Below are positions 38,659 through 49,500 of a DNA stretch of 64,000 nt, in pieces (the stretch's first letter is position 1; the number at the start of each line of letters is the position of its first letter). The DNA is taken from positions 549,357-613,356 of the forward strand of contig CAYQEU010000001.1 in assembly GCA_964416765.1 (NCBI GenBank), given 5' to 3'. The position numbers were made by a program, and so were the translations under genes. Below the pieces are notes generated by a model that was given only the letters and a program-made list of their open reading frames with translations, made no database searches and had not been told where the DNA came from. Source of the stretch: an uncultured Candidatus Saccharibacteria bacterium (lineage in GTDB: Bacteria; Patescibacteriota; Doudnabacteria; UBA920).

Positions 38659-39483
38659 TGGCTGTAACTCTGTCGCCAGCTTCACCCAGCTTTCCAAACT
38701 GATTTGTTGCGGACGAAGTTCGGGCGCGATGGAAACCTTTTGCAATACTGCCTCCACGGTTTCGCGGGGCAGTTTTAAATTGTTCGTTAGCGTGTTATGG
38801 ATTTGCTTGCGCTTGCCGGAGAAGCACGCGCGCAACACGCGGAACAAAAGTTTGCGGTCCATTTCAGGAAAGCGCGGCTCATCTAAAAATTCAATCCGAA
38901 CCACCGCGCTGTCAACTTTTGGTTTAGGGTAAAACTTTTCCGCCGGGACATTGAGCACAAACGTGGCGTCCGCGACCAACTGCACCGATAAAGCGAGCAG
39001 GTTCAAGTCCCCCACTCCCGCGGTGATGTTCTCCGCCACTTCCTTTTGTACCAGCACAGTGAGGCTGTCCGGTTTTTTTTCAGCGTTCACGAACAGCTGG
39101 ATAATTTTTCCGGTAACGTAGTACGGAATGTTGGCCACCACCACGTAAGAATCAAACTTCTTTAAGGCTTCCTGGAAATTAAATTTCAGGATATCATCAA
39201 TTTCAAATTTAAAATTTTTGTGTTTACCGGCCAGTTCGGTTAAGAGCGGAATGAAGCGCGGGTCTTTGTCGACCGACAAAACAAAATTCCCGGTGGCAAT
39301 AAGGTGCTGGGTGAGGTTAGCAATTCCCGGTCCCACTTCCAAAATCGCCTGTCCGGGTTTTATGCCGGCACCGTCAACAATGTCCTGCAAAAGAAAATCA
39401 TCAAGCAAAAAATTCTGTCCCAGTTTCTTGCTGGGGGAAAGGTTGTAATGGGCGAGGAGTTCCTGGAGCTGCTCTATAGTCAT
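38641..39483 (-). CDS. rsmA: 16S rRNA adenine dimethyltransferase
   Basis: KKLGQNFL, EVGPG, VANIPY and FYPKPKVDSAV motifs. Confidence 0.96.
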   Translation of the reverse strand: MTIEQLQELLAHYNLSPSKKLGQNFLLDDFLLQDIVDGAGIKPGQAILEVGPGIANLTQHLIATGNFVLSVDKDPRFIPLLTELAGKHKNFKFEIDDILKFNFQEALKKFDSYVVVANIPYYVTGKIIQLFVNAEKKPDSLTVLVQKEVAENITAGVGDLNLLALSVQLVADATFVLNVPAEKFYPKPKVDSAVVRIEFLDEPRFPEMDRKLLFRVLRACFSGKRKQIHNTLTNNLKLPRETVEAVLQKVSIAPELRPQQISLESWVKLATELQPLLANS

Positions 39484-39497
39484 ATGGTCATATAGTT

Positions 39498-41681
39498 TTA
39501 GAAGTCCGATGCTTCGTAGCGAAGCCCTGTGTCAATGAAACTGGAGGACGGCGCGTGGATGTCCAAAGCCTCCTGGGGCAGGGCGCGCAAGATGCGTGAT
39601 GGCGCGTTCACCTGGAGCGAGCCGAACACGCGCCGAGCACGGGCGTAAATTAAGTATAGCTGTTTTCGCGCGCGGGTTAACCCCACGTAAGCCAGGCGGA
39701 TCTCCTCGGCCAGCTGGGCCGGATCCAGCATGGACTGGGAGTGCGGCAGCAAACCTTCCTCAAGACCCACAAAAAATACCGTGTCGAATTCCAGGCCTTT
39801 GGCGCTGTGCAGAGTCATCAAGGTAACCGCGTCCTTCTCGTCTTCCACCTGGTCCAGGTCGGTTATGAGGGCAACCTCTTCCAAAAACGCGGTTAACCCT
39901 TCCCGCCAGGTCTGGTTTTCAAATTTAACAGCCACGTTAAACAGTTCTTGGATGTTTTCCACCCGGGCTTCACCTGCGTCGGTCCCGTCGCGCAACCAGT
40001 CTTCCATTTTGGTTAATTTTAAAATCAGCCTGAGGGCATCAGAAATCGTAGCGTGTGGGGGCAGGTTTTGGGCCGCGGATATTATAGAGTAAAAATCCAG
40101 TACTCCCTGTTTTTGTTTTGGCGGCAGGCCAATTTCCTGCAGGGCGGCCAGGAACTGGTCCAGATCTGACACTTCAGCATCCCGGGGGTTGGCACGGCGG
40201 TAATCGGCCACGAAAGTCTTAATAATAGAGTAAGACTTCTCTCCCACGCCGCGGGCGGGAACATTGACCACCCGCTTCAGGCTGACCAGATCGGTAAAAT
40301 TCAAGATCAGGCGGGCATACGCCAGCATGTCCTTGATTTCCTTGCGCTCGTAGAACTTCACCCCGCCCACAATTTGGTACGGGATACCACACTGGATAAA
40401 GACTTCTTCCAGCTCACGGGACTGGGCGTTAGTCCGATAAAGCACGGCGTAATTATTCAAGCCCGTTGCTTCGGGCGGCATTTGCGGCATACCCCAACCA
40501 GAAATACGTCCTGAACCGGCACGGCCGCTAAACCCGTCACCATACCCCGGCTTTTTAAGGAACTGGTCGAGGATAGAGAATGTGGTGGTTTCCGGCTCGG
40601 GTTCGGATTCATATTCCAGTTCCTGTGCGCTTTCCGCGTCCCCGGAAACTTGTTTGATGATCTGTCGGGCAATAAACAGAGCTTCTTCCCTGCCATCCCC
40701 GACTTCTTCCACCCATATCCGTTTTCCGGCGTCGTTATCGGTCCACAGCTTTTTCGGTTTTTGTTCCCGGTTCAATTCAATCACGTTTTGCGCCACCGCG
40801 AGAATATTTTTCGTGGAGCGGTAGTTTTGCTCCAGTTTTATAACCTGGGTTTCCGGATAGTCTTTTTCAAAATTCAGGATATTAGCGATGTCGCTACCCC
40901 GGAACCCATAAATACTTTGGGCATCATCCCCAACCACAAACAAATTCTTGTGGTGGAGGGAGAGGAGGTGGAGGAACATATATTGCGCCTGATTGGTATC
41001 CTGGTACTCGTCCACTAATATATAGCCGAAAATCTTCTGGTATTTTTCCAGAATCTTGGGGAAAGCCTGGAACAGGCGAATCGGCAGCATAAGCAGGTCA
41101 TCAAAATCCAGGGCATTTTGTTCGTACAGGAAATTTTGGTAGGCCGTGTACACCCTGACCACCATGTCGTGGAAAGATGGGTCGTAGCCTAAATTGAACT
41201 CACCCGGGGTTTGCAGAACATTCTTGGCTTTGGATATCACGCCGCGGAAAACCGTGGGCGGGAACTTTTTACCAATCTGTAGTTCATCACAAATTTCCCG
41301 AAGGACCCTCAGCTGGTCCTGGGCGTCAAATATAGAGAAGTCCCGGCCGTAACCTAGAACCGCGATTTCCTTGCGCAGGAGCCGCGCTCCAATGGAATGA
41401 AAAGTGCCCATATTAGGCATGCCAGCCATGGGAGAATTGCCTTTTTTCGAGCCCGACCCCAGTAATTTAAGCATCCGGGTCTGCATCTCCTTGGCAGCCT
41501 TATTGGTAAAAGTCAGCGCCAGGATATTTTCAGGAGCCACCAAACCCTGCTCTATCAAATAGGCGATCCGGAAAGTCAAAACCCGGGTTTTCCCGGAACC
41601 CGCGCCGGCCAAGACTAAAACAGGCCCCAGGGGGGCTGTAACGGCGGCTAACTGTCTGTCATTCAAGGAAGATAAATCCAT
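39498..41681 (-). CDS. pcrA: UvrD/PcrA SF1 helicase
   Basis: AGAGSGKT, VDEYQD, QNYRS, TLHSAKGLEF and YVGLTRA motifs. Confidence 0.94.
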   Translation of the reverse strand: MDLSSLNDRQLAAVTAPLGPVLVLAGAGSGKTRVLTFRIAYLIEQGLVAPENILALTFTNKAAKEMQTRMLKLLGSGSKKGNSPMAGMPNMGTFHSIGARLLRKEIAVLGYGRDFSIFDAQDQLRVLREICDELQIGKKFPPTVFRGVISKAKNVLQTPGEFNLGYDPSFHDMVVRVYTAYQNFLYEQNALDFDDLLMLPIRLFQAFPKILEKYQKIFGYILVDEYQDTNQAQYMFLHLLSLHHKNLFVVGDDAQSIYGFRGSDIANILNFEKDYPETQVIKLEQNYRSTKNILAVAQNVIELNREQKPKKLWTDNDAGKRIWVEEVGDGREEALFIARQIIKQVSGDAESAQELEYESEPEPETTTFSILDQFLKKPGYGDGFSGRAGSGRISGWGMPQMPPEATGLNNYAVLYRTNAQSRELEEVFIQCGIPYQIVGGVKFYERKEIKDMLAYARLILNFTDLVSLKRVVNVPARGVGEKSYSIIKTFVADYRRANPRDAEVSDLDQFLAALQEIGLPPKQKQGVLDFYSIISAAQNLPPHATISDALRLILKLTKMEDWLRDGTDAGEARVENIQELFNVAVKFENQTWREGLTAFLEEVALITDLDQVEDEKDAVTLMTLHSAKGLEFDTVFFVGLEEGLLPHSQSMLDPAQLAEEIRLAYVGLTRARKQLYLIYARARRVFGSLQVNAPSRILRALPQEALDIHAPSSSFIDTGLRYEASDF

Positions 41682-41828
41682 AGTTCCTACCTATTATAGC
41701 ATCTTTGGATTGTAGGTCAGTTTCAGACAATTTCTGCTGACTTATGGCAAATTTACTCATATATAAGCCAAAAAGGGATTTTTTTTCCCTTGTTCAAGGG
41801 GTAAATGGCGAGCCTGGGGACAATTTTC

Positions 41829-41857
41829 TTGCCTGGCCCAAATGAGGTTGGTAGTAT
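41829..41857 (+). promoter_or_regulatory. Putative promoter for the LysM-CHAP gene
   Basis: TTGCCT-17 nt-TAGTAT with an extended TG. Confidence 0.45.
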
Positions 41858-42008
41858 AGTTGAGGTTGACGAGCGCAGGCTCGTTTTCCAGTTAATAAGA
41901 TCGTAATAAGCGCTAGTTTAAGCCAAATTTTTGGTCGCAGCCCTAGATGTAACGAAAATGCTCAGAAAACGTTGCTGTTCCCGGAAAAATGGTATTTAAG
42001 GAGTTCGT

Positions 42009-43280
42009 ATTTCCGCTTTCCTTCGAGCCCTGCAAAGGGCATTCAAGCGGGCTAAAACCTACGGTTTTGTAGCCCAGTACTACGTCAAAAAAACCTCTAT
42101 TGCCCTCTACAAGCGATTCCCTGAAATCGCAAGTTTTTACCGACACCGCTTCCCCGGCGTAACCCTCCGGGATAAACTCGACCATTGGGATTATGCCCTT
42201 AATTTCTCCAGCGAAATTTTGGTAGGTATCCTCGTCGGCGCAGTTGTTTTAATAAACGTTGGATTGTTCCGTTTTGGGACAGTTAAAGAATTCACTTATT
42301 CTGACGCTAGCCTTTCGGCTAAACTGCTCAGCTACCACTCCAGCCTCAACTCAGCCCTCTACGCCAAGGAAAACACTTTACGTACCACCATCAGCCAGGA
42401 TGGTTTGATTGCCCATGCCTACGCAGATACGACCTTGGCCACTCTAGCTGATGGCACTGACGCTTCCGCCGCGGCCAATGATGCCAACGCCACCGATGAA
42501 GATGCCACTTTCAGCGACAACATCATGGTTAAGCCAAACCCGGATTCCGTGCAGGGACTGGTTTCCAAGCAGGTTCAGATTTACGAGAGCCAGGGCGGCG
42601 ATACCCTTTCTTCCATTGCCCAGAAATTTAACATTTCCGTCAACACTATTAAGTGGGCCAACAACCTGCCGAGCGATACTGTAAAACCAGGCTGGTACCT
42701 CAAGATTTTGCCCCGCAACGGCGTTCTATACCAAGTAGACTCTAACGACACCTTGCCTGACATTGCCAATTACTTCCACGGCAATATGGACACTATTATT
42801 GCTTACAACGGTTTGGCCAACGCTGAAGATATTGATGCCGGCCAATGGTTGATTATCCCTGACGGCACCGTTCCCCCGCCGCCGGCACCAGCTCCCGCCC
42901 CGACTTCCAAACCAGCACCCAAGATTGCGACCAGAACCAAAGCAGGCACTCCGGTTATCGTGCACAACGGCAGCGGCCACAGCTTCCCTTGGGGTTACTG
43001 TACTTACTATGTTTCCACCCGCCGCAAGATCACTTTTGGCGGTAACGCCAAGGCTTGGCTGAGCAACGCGAAAGCCGCCGGATACGCTACCGGTTCTACC
43101 CCAGCTCCCGGTGCGGTCATGGTAACCACCGAAAGCCGCGCTTATGGCCACGTTGCCTACGTGGAAGAAGTCAGCGGCGGTAAAGTAAAGATCTCGGAAA
43201 TGAACTATTCAGGCTTCGGCAAAGTTGATACACGCTGGTTAGATATCGATTCCGGAGTTATCCGCGGATACATTTACTAA
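42009..43280 (+). CDS. Membrane-anchored 2xLysM plus CHAP peptidoglycan hydrolase
   Basis: GDTLSSIAQKFNIS and DTLPDIA LysM domains; CHAP FPWGYCTYY, GNAKAW, YGHVAYVE, SEMN. The frame is open from 42000; ATT start at 42009 proposed (the track calls 42219). Confidence 0.88.
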   Translation: MSAFLRALQRAFKRAKTYGFVAQYYVKKTSIALYKRFPEIASFYRHRFPGVTLRDKLDHWDYALNFSSEILVGILVGAVVLINVGLFRFGTVKEFTYSDASLSAKLLSYHSSLNSALYAKENTLRTTISQDGLIAHAYADTTLATLADGTDASAAANDANATDEDATFSDNIMVKPNPDSVQGLVSKQVQIYESQGGDTLSSIAQKFNISVNTIKWANNLPSDTVKPGWYLKILPRNGVLYQVDSNDTLPDIANYFHGNMDTIIAYNGLANAEDIDAGQWLIIPDGTVPPPPAPAPAPTSKPAPKIATRTKAGTPVIVHNGSGHSFPWGYCTYYVSTRRKITFGGNAKAWLSNAKAAGYATGSTPAPGAVMVTTESRAYGHVAYVEEVSGGKVKISEMNYSGFGKVDTRWLDIDSGVIRGYIY

Positions 43281-43294
43281 TATCACAAAACACT

Positions 43295-43320
43295 AAACGC
43301 CCCCTAACCGGGGCGTTTTT
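43295..43320 (+). terminator. Intrinsic terminator
   Basis: AAACGCCCC-TAACC-GGGGCGTTT followed by a T run. Confidence 0.8.
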
Positions 43321-43390
43321 CGTTATATAAAAACACGCCGCTCTTATAGGTATAGGAGCGGCGCGCTTGTGATTTGTCGCAATGTGTAGG

Positions 43391-43828
43391 TTACAGCCAA
43401 CCGGTGAAGCCGCCCCGGTATGAATGCGTGGGCGCGGGGGGTTTGTTACAGACCACCATGGGTCCTCTGCAAAATTTGCAATTTGTTTTCCCCAGCGGCG
43501 GATAATACTCGTCCTGAGGGCGGTTACAGTGGGGGCAGGTAACGTCATACGGATATGTTTCGCTCCGATAGACATCAACTGCCTTCTTCCGAGCAGTGTG
43601 GAAGCCGGGGTTTGCCTTGTCCTTTTTCTTCGCTCCGCCGTGGGCGCAGAGCTGATTCTTGAGCGTCCTGACGTTCCCCTTGGTCAGGCGCCCGAGTTCG
43701 GGAAGTTGGTTGCAGACGAACTTGCCACCAGCCCGCGAACTAAAAGTCAGGTTTGCTGCCTGAAACTGTTTAATTTGCGATGGAGACAACGATAAATTTC
43801 GGGATTTCACTCCCGCGTTAACTGCCAT
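43391..43828 (-). CDS. Basic orphan protein with C-terminal zinc ribbon
   Basis: AGGAGG RBS; CPHC-x16-CKFC; own downstream hairpin at about 43336-43362. Confidence 0.6.
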   Translation of the reverse strand: MAVNAGVKSRNLSLSPSQIKQFQAANLTFSSRAGGKFVCNQLPELGRLTKGNVRTLKNQLCAHGGAKKKDKANPGFHTARKKAVDVYRSETYPYDVTCPHCNRPQDEYYPPLGKTNCKFCRGPMVVCNKPPAPTHSYRGGFTGWL

Positions 43829-43946
43829 TGCTGATTCCTCCTGAATCTAAAGCTTTGGTTGAAAATTTAGCAAACTACGCTAGCCAAAGCATTTCAATAT
43901 AACAAAAAAGGCTTGGATTATCAAGCCTTTTGGTAATTGCTCTTAT

Positions 43947-45743
43947 TTAGTTCACGTCACTGCTTTGAACATCATCCGTGTCCAAGTGGATATTCTGGTT
44001 AGTGAAGGAATCCTTGGCTGAGAAGTTGATGCTCTTGAACAAGGTAAACGTATTGCCATTTTGGCCGCTTGAAGGAGTCACCTTTACTTGGAAACTTAAT
44101 CTTCTGGCAGGGTTGAAATCGCCAGTATGCGCCGACAGCGTATCCACTTTCCAGGTAAGTTTCCCGGTGGACGGATCGTAGCTTACCGCGCCCGCTTCTT
44201 TCGCGGTAATGCTGGATTTGTCGAAGTTAGAAATATTGGTGGCGATAAACCCGGTCAGCACGGCGTTGGTCATGTCATTATTGCTGTTGCGGAGGCTCAG
44301 GGTGACCTGGTAAACAGTGCTCGAGCCATTTTGCGGTGGGTTGGGGCCACTTACCACGCTTACGCTGGAAGATAAGTCCGCGGGACTGGATACCTTAAGA
44401 TTAACTGTATTTCCGGGCAAATAAGTGGAATACTCATTGGATTTAATCTTGACGTTCGAAACAACGGTTATGTTTTTACTGCTGTCTTTGGTTGCGGGGT
44501 TTCGCAGACGAACATTGTAAGACAGGGTACCGCTTTCGTTTGGGTTCAAGTGTTCGAAATTCGACACGCTGGCGGTGTTCCAGGTGATGGTGTTGTTATT
44601 GATCTCAGCGCCCCCTTCAGACTTTAGGGTCGACAGATCGATTGCCTTGGAGTCGATACTCGCCGATACACTGACGCCGGTAGCTGGCACCTGGGCGTTA
44701 TTTTGATAGTGGATGGTGAAAGTCAGCGTCGCGCCCGGGTCAACTATGCCGTCATGGGCTCCCTGGGCTTCCTGGGATACCAGCAAAGGGCTGCTTGAAA
44801 TCGTAGTGACCCAATCAGCACTGGCTTGGGAGTTATAGTTTCCCTGGTCATCCTGAACCTGGAAATCCGCTTTAAAGCTGGCTTTGGCACCAGGTTGGGC
44901 GGAGGTAAATGTTCCGCTAAAAGTGATGGTATTATCGTCGTTTTTCTTCAAATTTCCCACGTTCCAGATGTTATTGCCCAAATTAGGTTGCGGATCCGAA
45001 CCTCCATAGCTAAACCCTTCCGGGTATGTTACCTGAATACGGGCGTTTGATACGTCGTGATCTGACTCATTCTTATAGTGCAAGGTGTATGACACGCTCT
45101 GTGTGTTGGTGGCCGTTTGGGGGCCCGACAGTTCCATGAGGATGTCGGAAGCCTGCAGGCGCAAAGTATGGTCCGCTTCTTTCACGAAGTCCGAGTTGAA
45201 GTTGCTGTACTTGTAATGGAGACGCACGGTAAGCTTCTTTTCATCATTGACGCTGCCTTGCGCGTTAACCTTTATGATAACCACCGCGTTTTGGCCGGAA
45301 GAGAGGTCAGGGATGCTAAACACGCTGCCCGACAGATTTTGGGCGTTGGGCGTGCTGCTTAAATAGGTAAAGCCGTCTGGGTATACCACTTCCAATTCCA
45401 TCTTGGTTAACGTGGCGGGATCTTGGTTATCAACTTTGACCTTATACACCACCTGGGATCCGCTCGGGGCTGTAGCGGGGGCATCAATCGAAATGTTTAC
45501 GTTTGCCTCGCCACCCGGGCCTTTATTGCCCACATGGAAAGCAATGAAGGCCAGGACGCCGATTATTAGTAAACCGGCGATAATGGCCCAAATATACCAC
45601 TTATTAGCAAAATAAAAGTCCTTAACCTGCTCCCACCGGGAGGTTGGCTGCGGGCTTGGCGCGCCTGCCCCGGAGGCAGGCTGGAACTGGGTTTCGGGTG
45701 CCGGAGTGGAGGAATCCGCGACCGGACGAGTAGTAAAATCCAT
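43947..45743 (-). CDS. Membrane-anchored protein with tandem Ig-like (DUF11-like) domains
   Basis: One TM, then about 4 beta-sandwich repeats (Y.V...N, YPDGF.Y..S.P, W). Confidence 0.75.
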   Translation of the reverse strand: MDFTTRPVADSSTPAPETQFQPASGAGAPSPQPTSRWEQVKDFYFANKWYIWAIIAGLLIIGVLAFIAFHVGNKGPGGEANVNISIDAPATAPSGSQVVYKVKVDNQDPATLTKMELEVVYPDGFTYLSSTPNAQNLSGSVFSIPDLSSGQNAVVIIKVNAQGSVNDEKKLTVRLHYKYSNFNSDFVKEADHTLRLQASDILMELSGPQTATNTQSVSYTLHYKNESDHDVSNARIQVTYPEGFSYGGSDPQPNLGNNIWNVGNLKKNDDNTITFSGTFTSAQPGAKASFKADFQVQDDQGNYNSQASADWVTTISSSPLLVSQEAQGAHDGIVDPGATLTFTIHYQNNAQVPATGVSVSASIDSKAIDLSTLKSEGGAEINNNTITWNTASVSNFEHLNPNESGTLSYNVRLRNPATKDSSKNITVVSNVKIKSNEYSTYLPGNTVNLKVSSPADLSSSVSVVSGPNPPQNGSSTVYQVTLSLRNSNNDMTNAVLTGFIATNISNFDKSSITAKEAGAVSYDPSTGKLTWKVDTLSAHTGDFNPARRLSFQVKVTPSSGQNGNTFTLFKSINFSAKDSFTNQNIHLDTDDVQSSDVN

Positions 45744-45786
45744 ATAATAAAAGAATAATAGCCCTTTTATTATATCACGAAAGGTA

Positions 45787-46512
45787 TTAAAGGTAGCGTT
45801 CAGACTTAATTTCCCGTTCGATCTGGTATGTCATGAACGAGCTGACCAGGTTATTCAAATGTTCAAGCCAATTATCATTTTCAGGCAGCTGTCCCCAGGA
45901 AGAGTTCTTAACACTTTGGTAGCCTTTCCACACGCTTTCGCTCGCGGTAGCGGAATCAGCCCCTCCCCGGCCATTGGAGTCATAGTAGAAACCGCCCTTG
46001 GAAGGACTAAACAAGAGAGGCTGGCCAGGAACGTACTCGGGGATCTCATGCACTCCCATTCCGGTTGATGTCATGGCTGCCAATTTGAACTTCAACAAAC
46101 CGATTTCAAGTTGCTCTTCGGATAGCTCCCCTGCGCTATCCAGGAAATCCAAAAACGCCGCGATGAGGCGGTAAAACTCGTCATTAGGTTGATTGTCCGG
46201 CAGCAACTTAGTGCATATTTCGGCCGCTACAAACCACAGCGCGACCCGTTCAGGCCGCGCATGGAGATTTGGATAGGTCATCTTTATTGAAGCGCGGATA
46301 AGCTTGGGCAAACTGGAATTTCCGGAAACCGCGGCATCTACCAGGAACATAGGTTGCAGTGCGTACTGCAGTTTGCTGGTGGACAGCTTGCTCGACTTGG
46401 AAACCGCGCGGACTTTTCCCACCCCTTCGGCAAGCATGGTGACAATTTCGTCCGCTTCGCCAAGCGGCTGCTTCTTTATGATGAAAGCGGTAAAACTGCT
46501 TTCTCGGGCCAT
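45787..46512 (-). CDS. recO: DNA repair protein RecO
   Basis: IIKKQPLGEADEIVTML...GKVRAV OB fold, SKL...LQP, EREIKSERYL; start overlaps the ileS stop. Confidence 0.88.
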   Translation of the reverse strand: MARESSFTAFIIKKQPLGEADEIVTMLAEGVGKVRAVSKSSKLSTSKLQYALQPMFLVDAAVSGNSSLPKLIRASIKMTYPNLHARPERVALWFVAAEICTKLLPDNQPNDEFYRLIAAFLDFLDSAGELSEEQLEIGLLKFKLAAMTSTGMGVHEIPEYVPGQPLLFSPSKGGFYYDSNGRGGADSATASESVWKGYQSVKNSSWGQLPENDNWLEHLNNLVSSFMTYQIEREIKSERYL

Positions 46513-49500
46513 TACACCCTCACTATACCAAGCCACACCACCGCGCCGCCGATGTCAGCCTGGGTCTCGTAATCCGCTTCGACTTCCAAGGAGGTTTGTA
46601 CTTGGTTAACAAAAGTTTTCCTGCGGTCCACTAACTCCACCAGAGCCCGCTCCATTTTTTCATCCGTAGTAGTGTAGTAAAGATCTACCAGTTCCCCTAC
46701 CTGCAAACCGGCTTTCTTGCGCATGTCCTGGATTTGGCGTTCCAATTTACGGGCCGCGCCCATGGCTTCCAGTTCCGGGGTCAATTCAATATCAAGAAAC
46801 GCCTGTTGTAACCGTCCTTCACCCTCCCCTGTTTTTATAGTTTCCGGACGAATGGAGGCTTTATCGACAATAGAGGTGTCCCATTCCTGGACATTCAACT
46901 CGGCAAGAATTAATTTCACCAGGTCCTTGTCCAAGTCAATGTCCGTCTGCAAACGCGCGGCTACGGCACGGAGGGGTTGGCTCACGGCGATGCTTGATGC
47001 TTTGCGGAGGGCGTGGCCGGCGGTAACAATCTGCCGAGCCAGTTCCATGTCGGACAAAATGGTTTCGTTGCTCGAACTCGGAGCTATCGGCCAGTCTTCC
47101 AAATGGACTGACTCACCGCCGGTCAGGTCACGATAGATAAAGTCGGAGAGGTATGGCATAAACGGTGCCAGGACCTTGCTGGTCTGGACTAATACGTATT
47201 GCAGTACCGCGAGCGCGGTCTTGCCACTGTCATCACCTTGCTTAATGCGGTCACGGCTGCGCCGCAAATACCAGGTAGATAAATCATTAACAAATTCCAC
47301 GATGAGCTTGCCAGCCTTAACTGTATCGTAGTTATCCAGCTCCTTGGTCACTCGGGCGACCAGCTGGTCAAGCAAAGCCAGTACCCATTGGTCGAGGACA
47401 TCCGATGTTTCGGGACGCTCGCCGGGGCTCGTTTCCTTGCTGTACATACGGTAGAACGACCATACATTGTACATCATCATGTTGACCTTGCGGCTGATCT
47501 CAGAAATAGTTTTCTCGGAAAAGTTGATATCTTCACCGTTTATGACCGGGCTTGTCAGCAAGTAAAACCGCAAAGCGTCCGCGCCGTATTTTTCTATAAC
47601 CAAGTTTGGATCCGGGTAATTGTTTTTAGATTTCGACATTTTAGTGCCGTCTTCAGCCAGAATAGTCCCGGTAGTGATGACATTCTTAAACGGAGTGCGT
47701 TCGAATATAATATTAGACACAACATGCATGACGTAGAACCAAGCCCGGGTTTGCGGGATGTATTCCACGACGAAATCCGAAGGGAATCGCTGTTTGAATA
47801 AATCCTGGTTTTCGAACGGGTAGTGGAGTTCGGCAAAAGGCATGGAACCGCTTTCCACCCAGCAGTCGATTACTTCAGGTATGCGAGTCATTGAAGTTTG
47901 ACATTCTTCACACTTCAGTTTCACCTGGTCAATGTAAGGGCGGTGCAAGTCTAGTTTTGCGAACTTCTCCGATTGGTTAAGGTTTTGTTCGTGGGAACCA
48001 GCATCATAATTTATTTCACTGAGGTTGAAGTCGGGGTAAACTTCATTGAAGTTCGTGGATTTTTCAATCAGCTCGCTTACCGAACCTATACAAGTAACAT
48101 TTTTACAATCTTTATTGTCGCACTTCCAGAAAGGCAAAGCGGTAGCCCAGTAGCGGTTGCGGGAAATGTTCCAGTCCGGCGCGTTTTCAATACCAAGCTT
48201 GAACCGTCCGTACTTTAAATGCTCGGGGTACCAGTTAATGCTTTCATTCTGCTCCAACAATTGCGGCTTGAGCTTTTGGATATTGATAAACCAGGCTGGC
48301 AAAGCGTTGTAGAACAGCGGGGTGCCGCAGCGGTAACAGTGGGGGTAGCTGTGGGTGTACGGGAGCGCTTTATAGAGCTGGTTCTTCTCCTGTAAGACTT
48401 TGATGACTATGGGGTCAGCGTCCTTGAAAAACACGCCGCGGAGATGTTGGGGCGCAATGTCCATGTACTGGCCTTTATGATCAAGCATTTCCACGCGCGG
48501 CAATTCCTTCTCTTTGGCCAGCTTATAGTCGTCTTCCCCGTACATGGCGGCATTGTGCACTACGCCGGTACCATCCGTAGTGGTGACGAAATCAGCAATA
48601 TATATTTTATGAGCGCGTCCCGATTCATCAACAATAACTCCGGGGAATAATGGTTCATAAACCAACCCTTCGAGTGACCGGGCCGAACATTCCATCTTTA
48701 TCTCATATTCCCCTTCCAAAACTTCCAAACGTTCCTTCGCTAGAATGTAGTTTTCCCCATTTTGTTCCACTACAACATATGTTATGTCGCCGCCAATGTT
48801 TAAGGAAGTGTTCCCGGGCAATGTCCACGGGGTGGTAGTCCATGCCAGGGCATAAGTGTTTTCATCGGTCAACCAGTCCACAATACGTTGGCGCGCAGGC
48901 AACTTGAATTTAACAAAAACAGATTCTTCCGTAATATCACGGTAACTGTTATCCATGGCCACCTCAAAATTAGAGATTGGGGTTTCGCACCGGCTGCAGT
49001 AAAGCAAGACTTTCCTGTCTTCATAAATCAAACCCTTGTCCCAAGTCTTTTTTAAGCCCCACCACACGCTTTCCATGAAGGAGGTATCCATGGTTTTGTA
49101 GGAATTTTCGAAATCAACCCAGCGGGCAACTCGGGAAATGGTTTTACCCCATTCTTCCGCGTAGCTCAGCACATTCTGGCGGCAAGTCTCATTAAACTTC
49201 GCGACTCCGATTTCTTCAATCTGTTTTTTACCGGAAATACCGAGCTGTTGCTCAACAATATTTTCGATGGGCAAACCGTGGCAGTCCCAACCCCAACGGC
49301 GCCGGACAAAACGTCCGCGCATGGTCTGGTAGCGGGGAATGGCGTCTTTTACCACCGACGGCAAAATACTGCCGTAGTGGGGCAGTCCGGTGGCGAAAGG
49401 CGGGCCATCATAAAAAATATAGGGTTCCCCATCGCGGGTTTTTTCCAGGGATTTCTCAAAGACCCGGTTGTCCTTCCAGTATTGCTGGATGGACTTTTCC

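Noticed and set aside
41860-42000. c-di-AMP (ydaO) or c-di-GMP riboswitch upstream of the wall hydrolase
   Set aside because: The consensus motifs are not recognisable in the leader.
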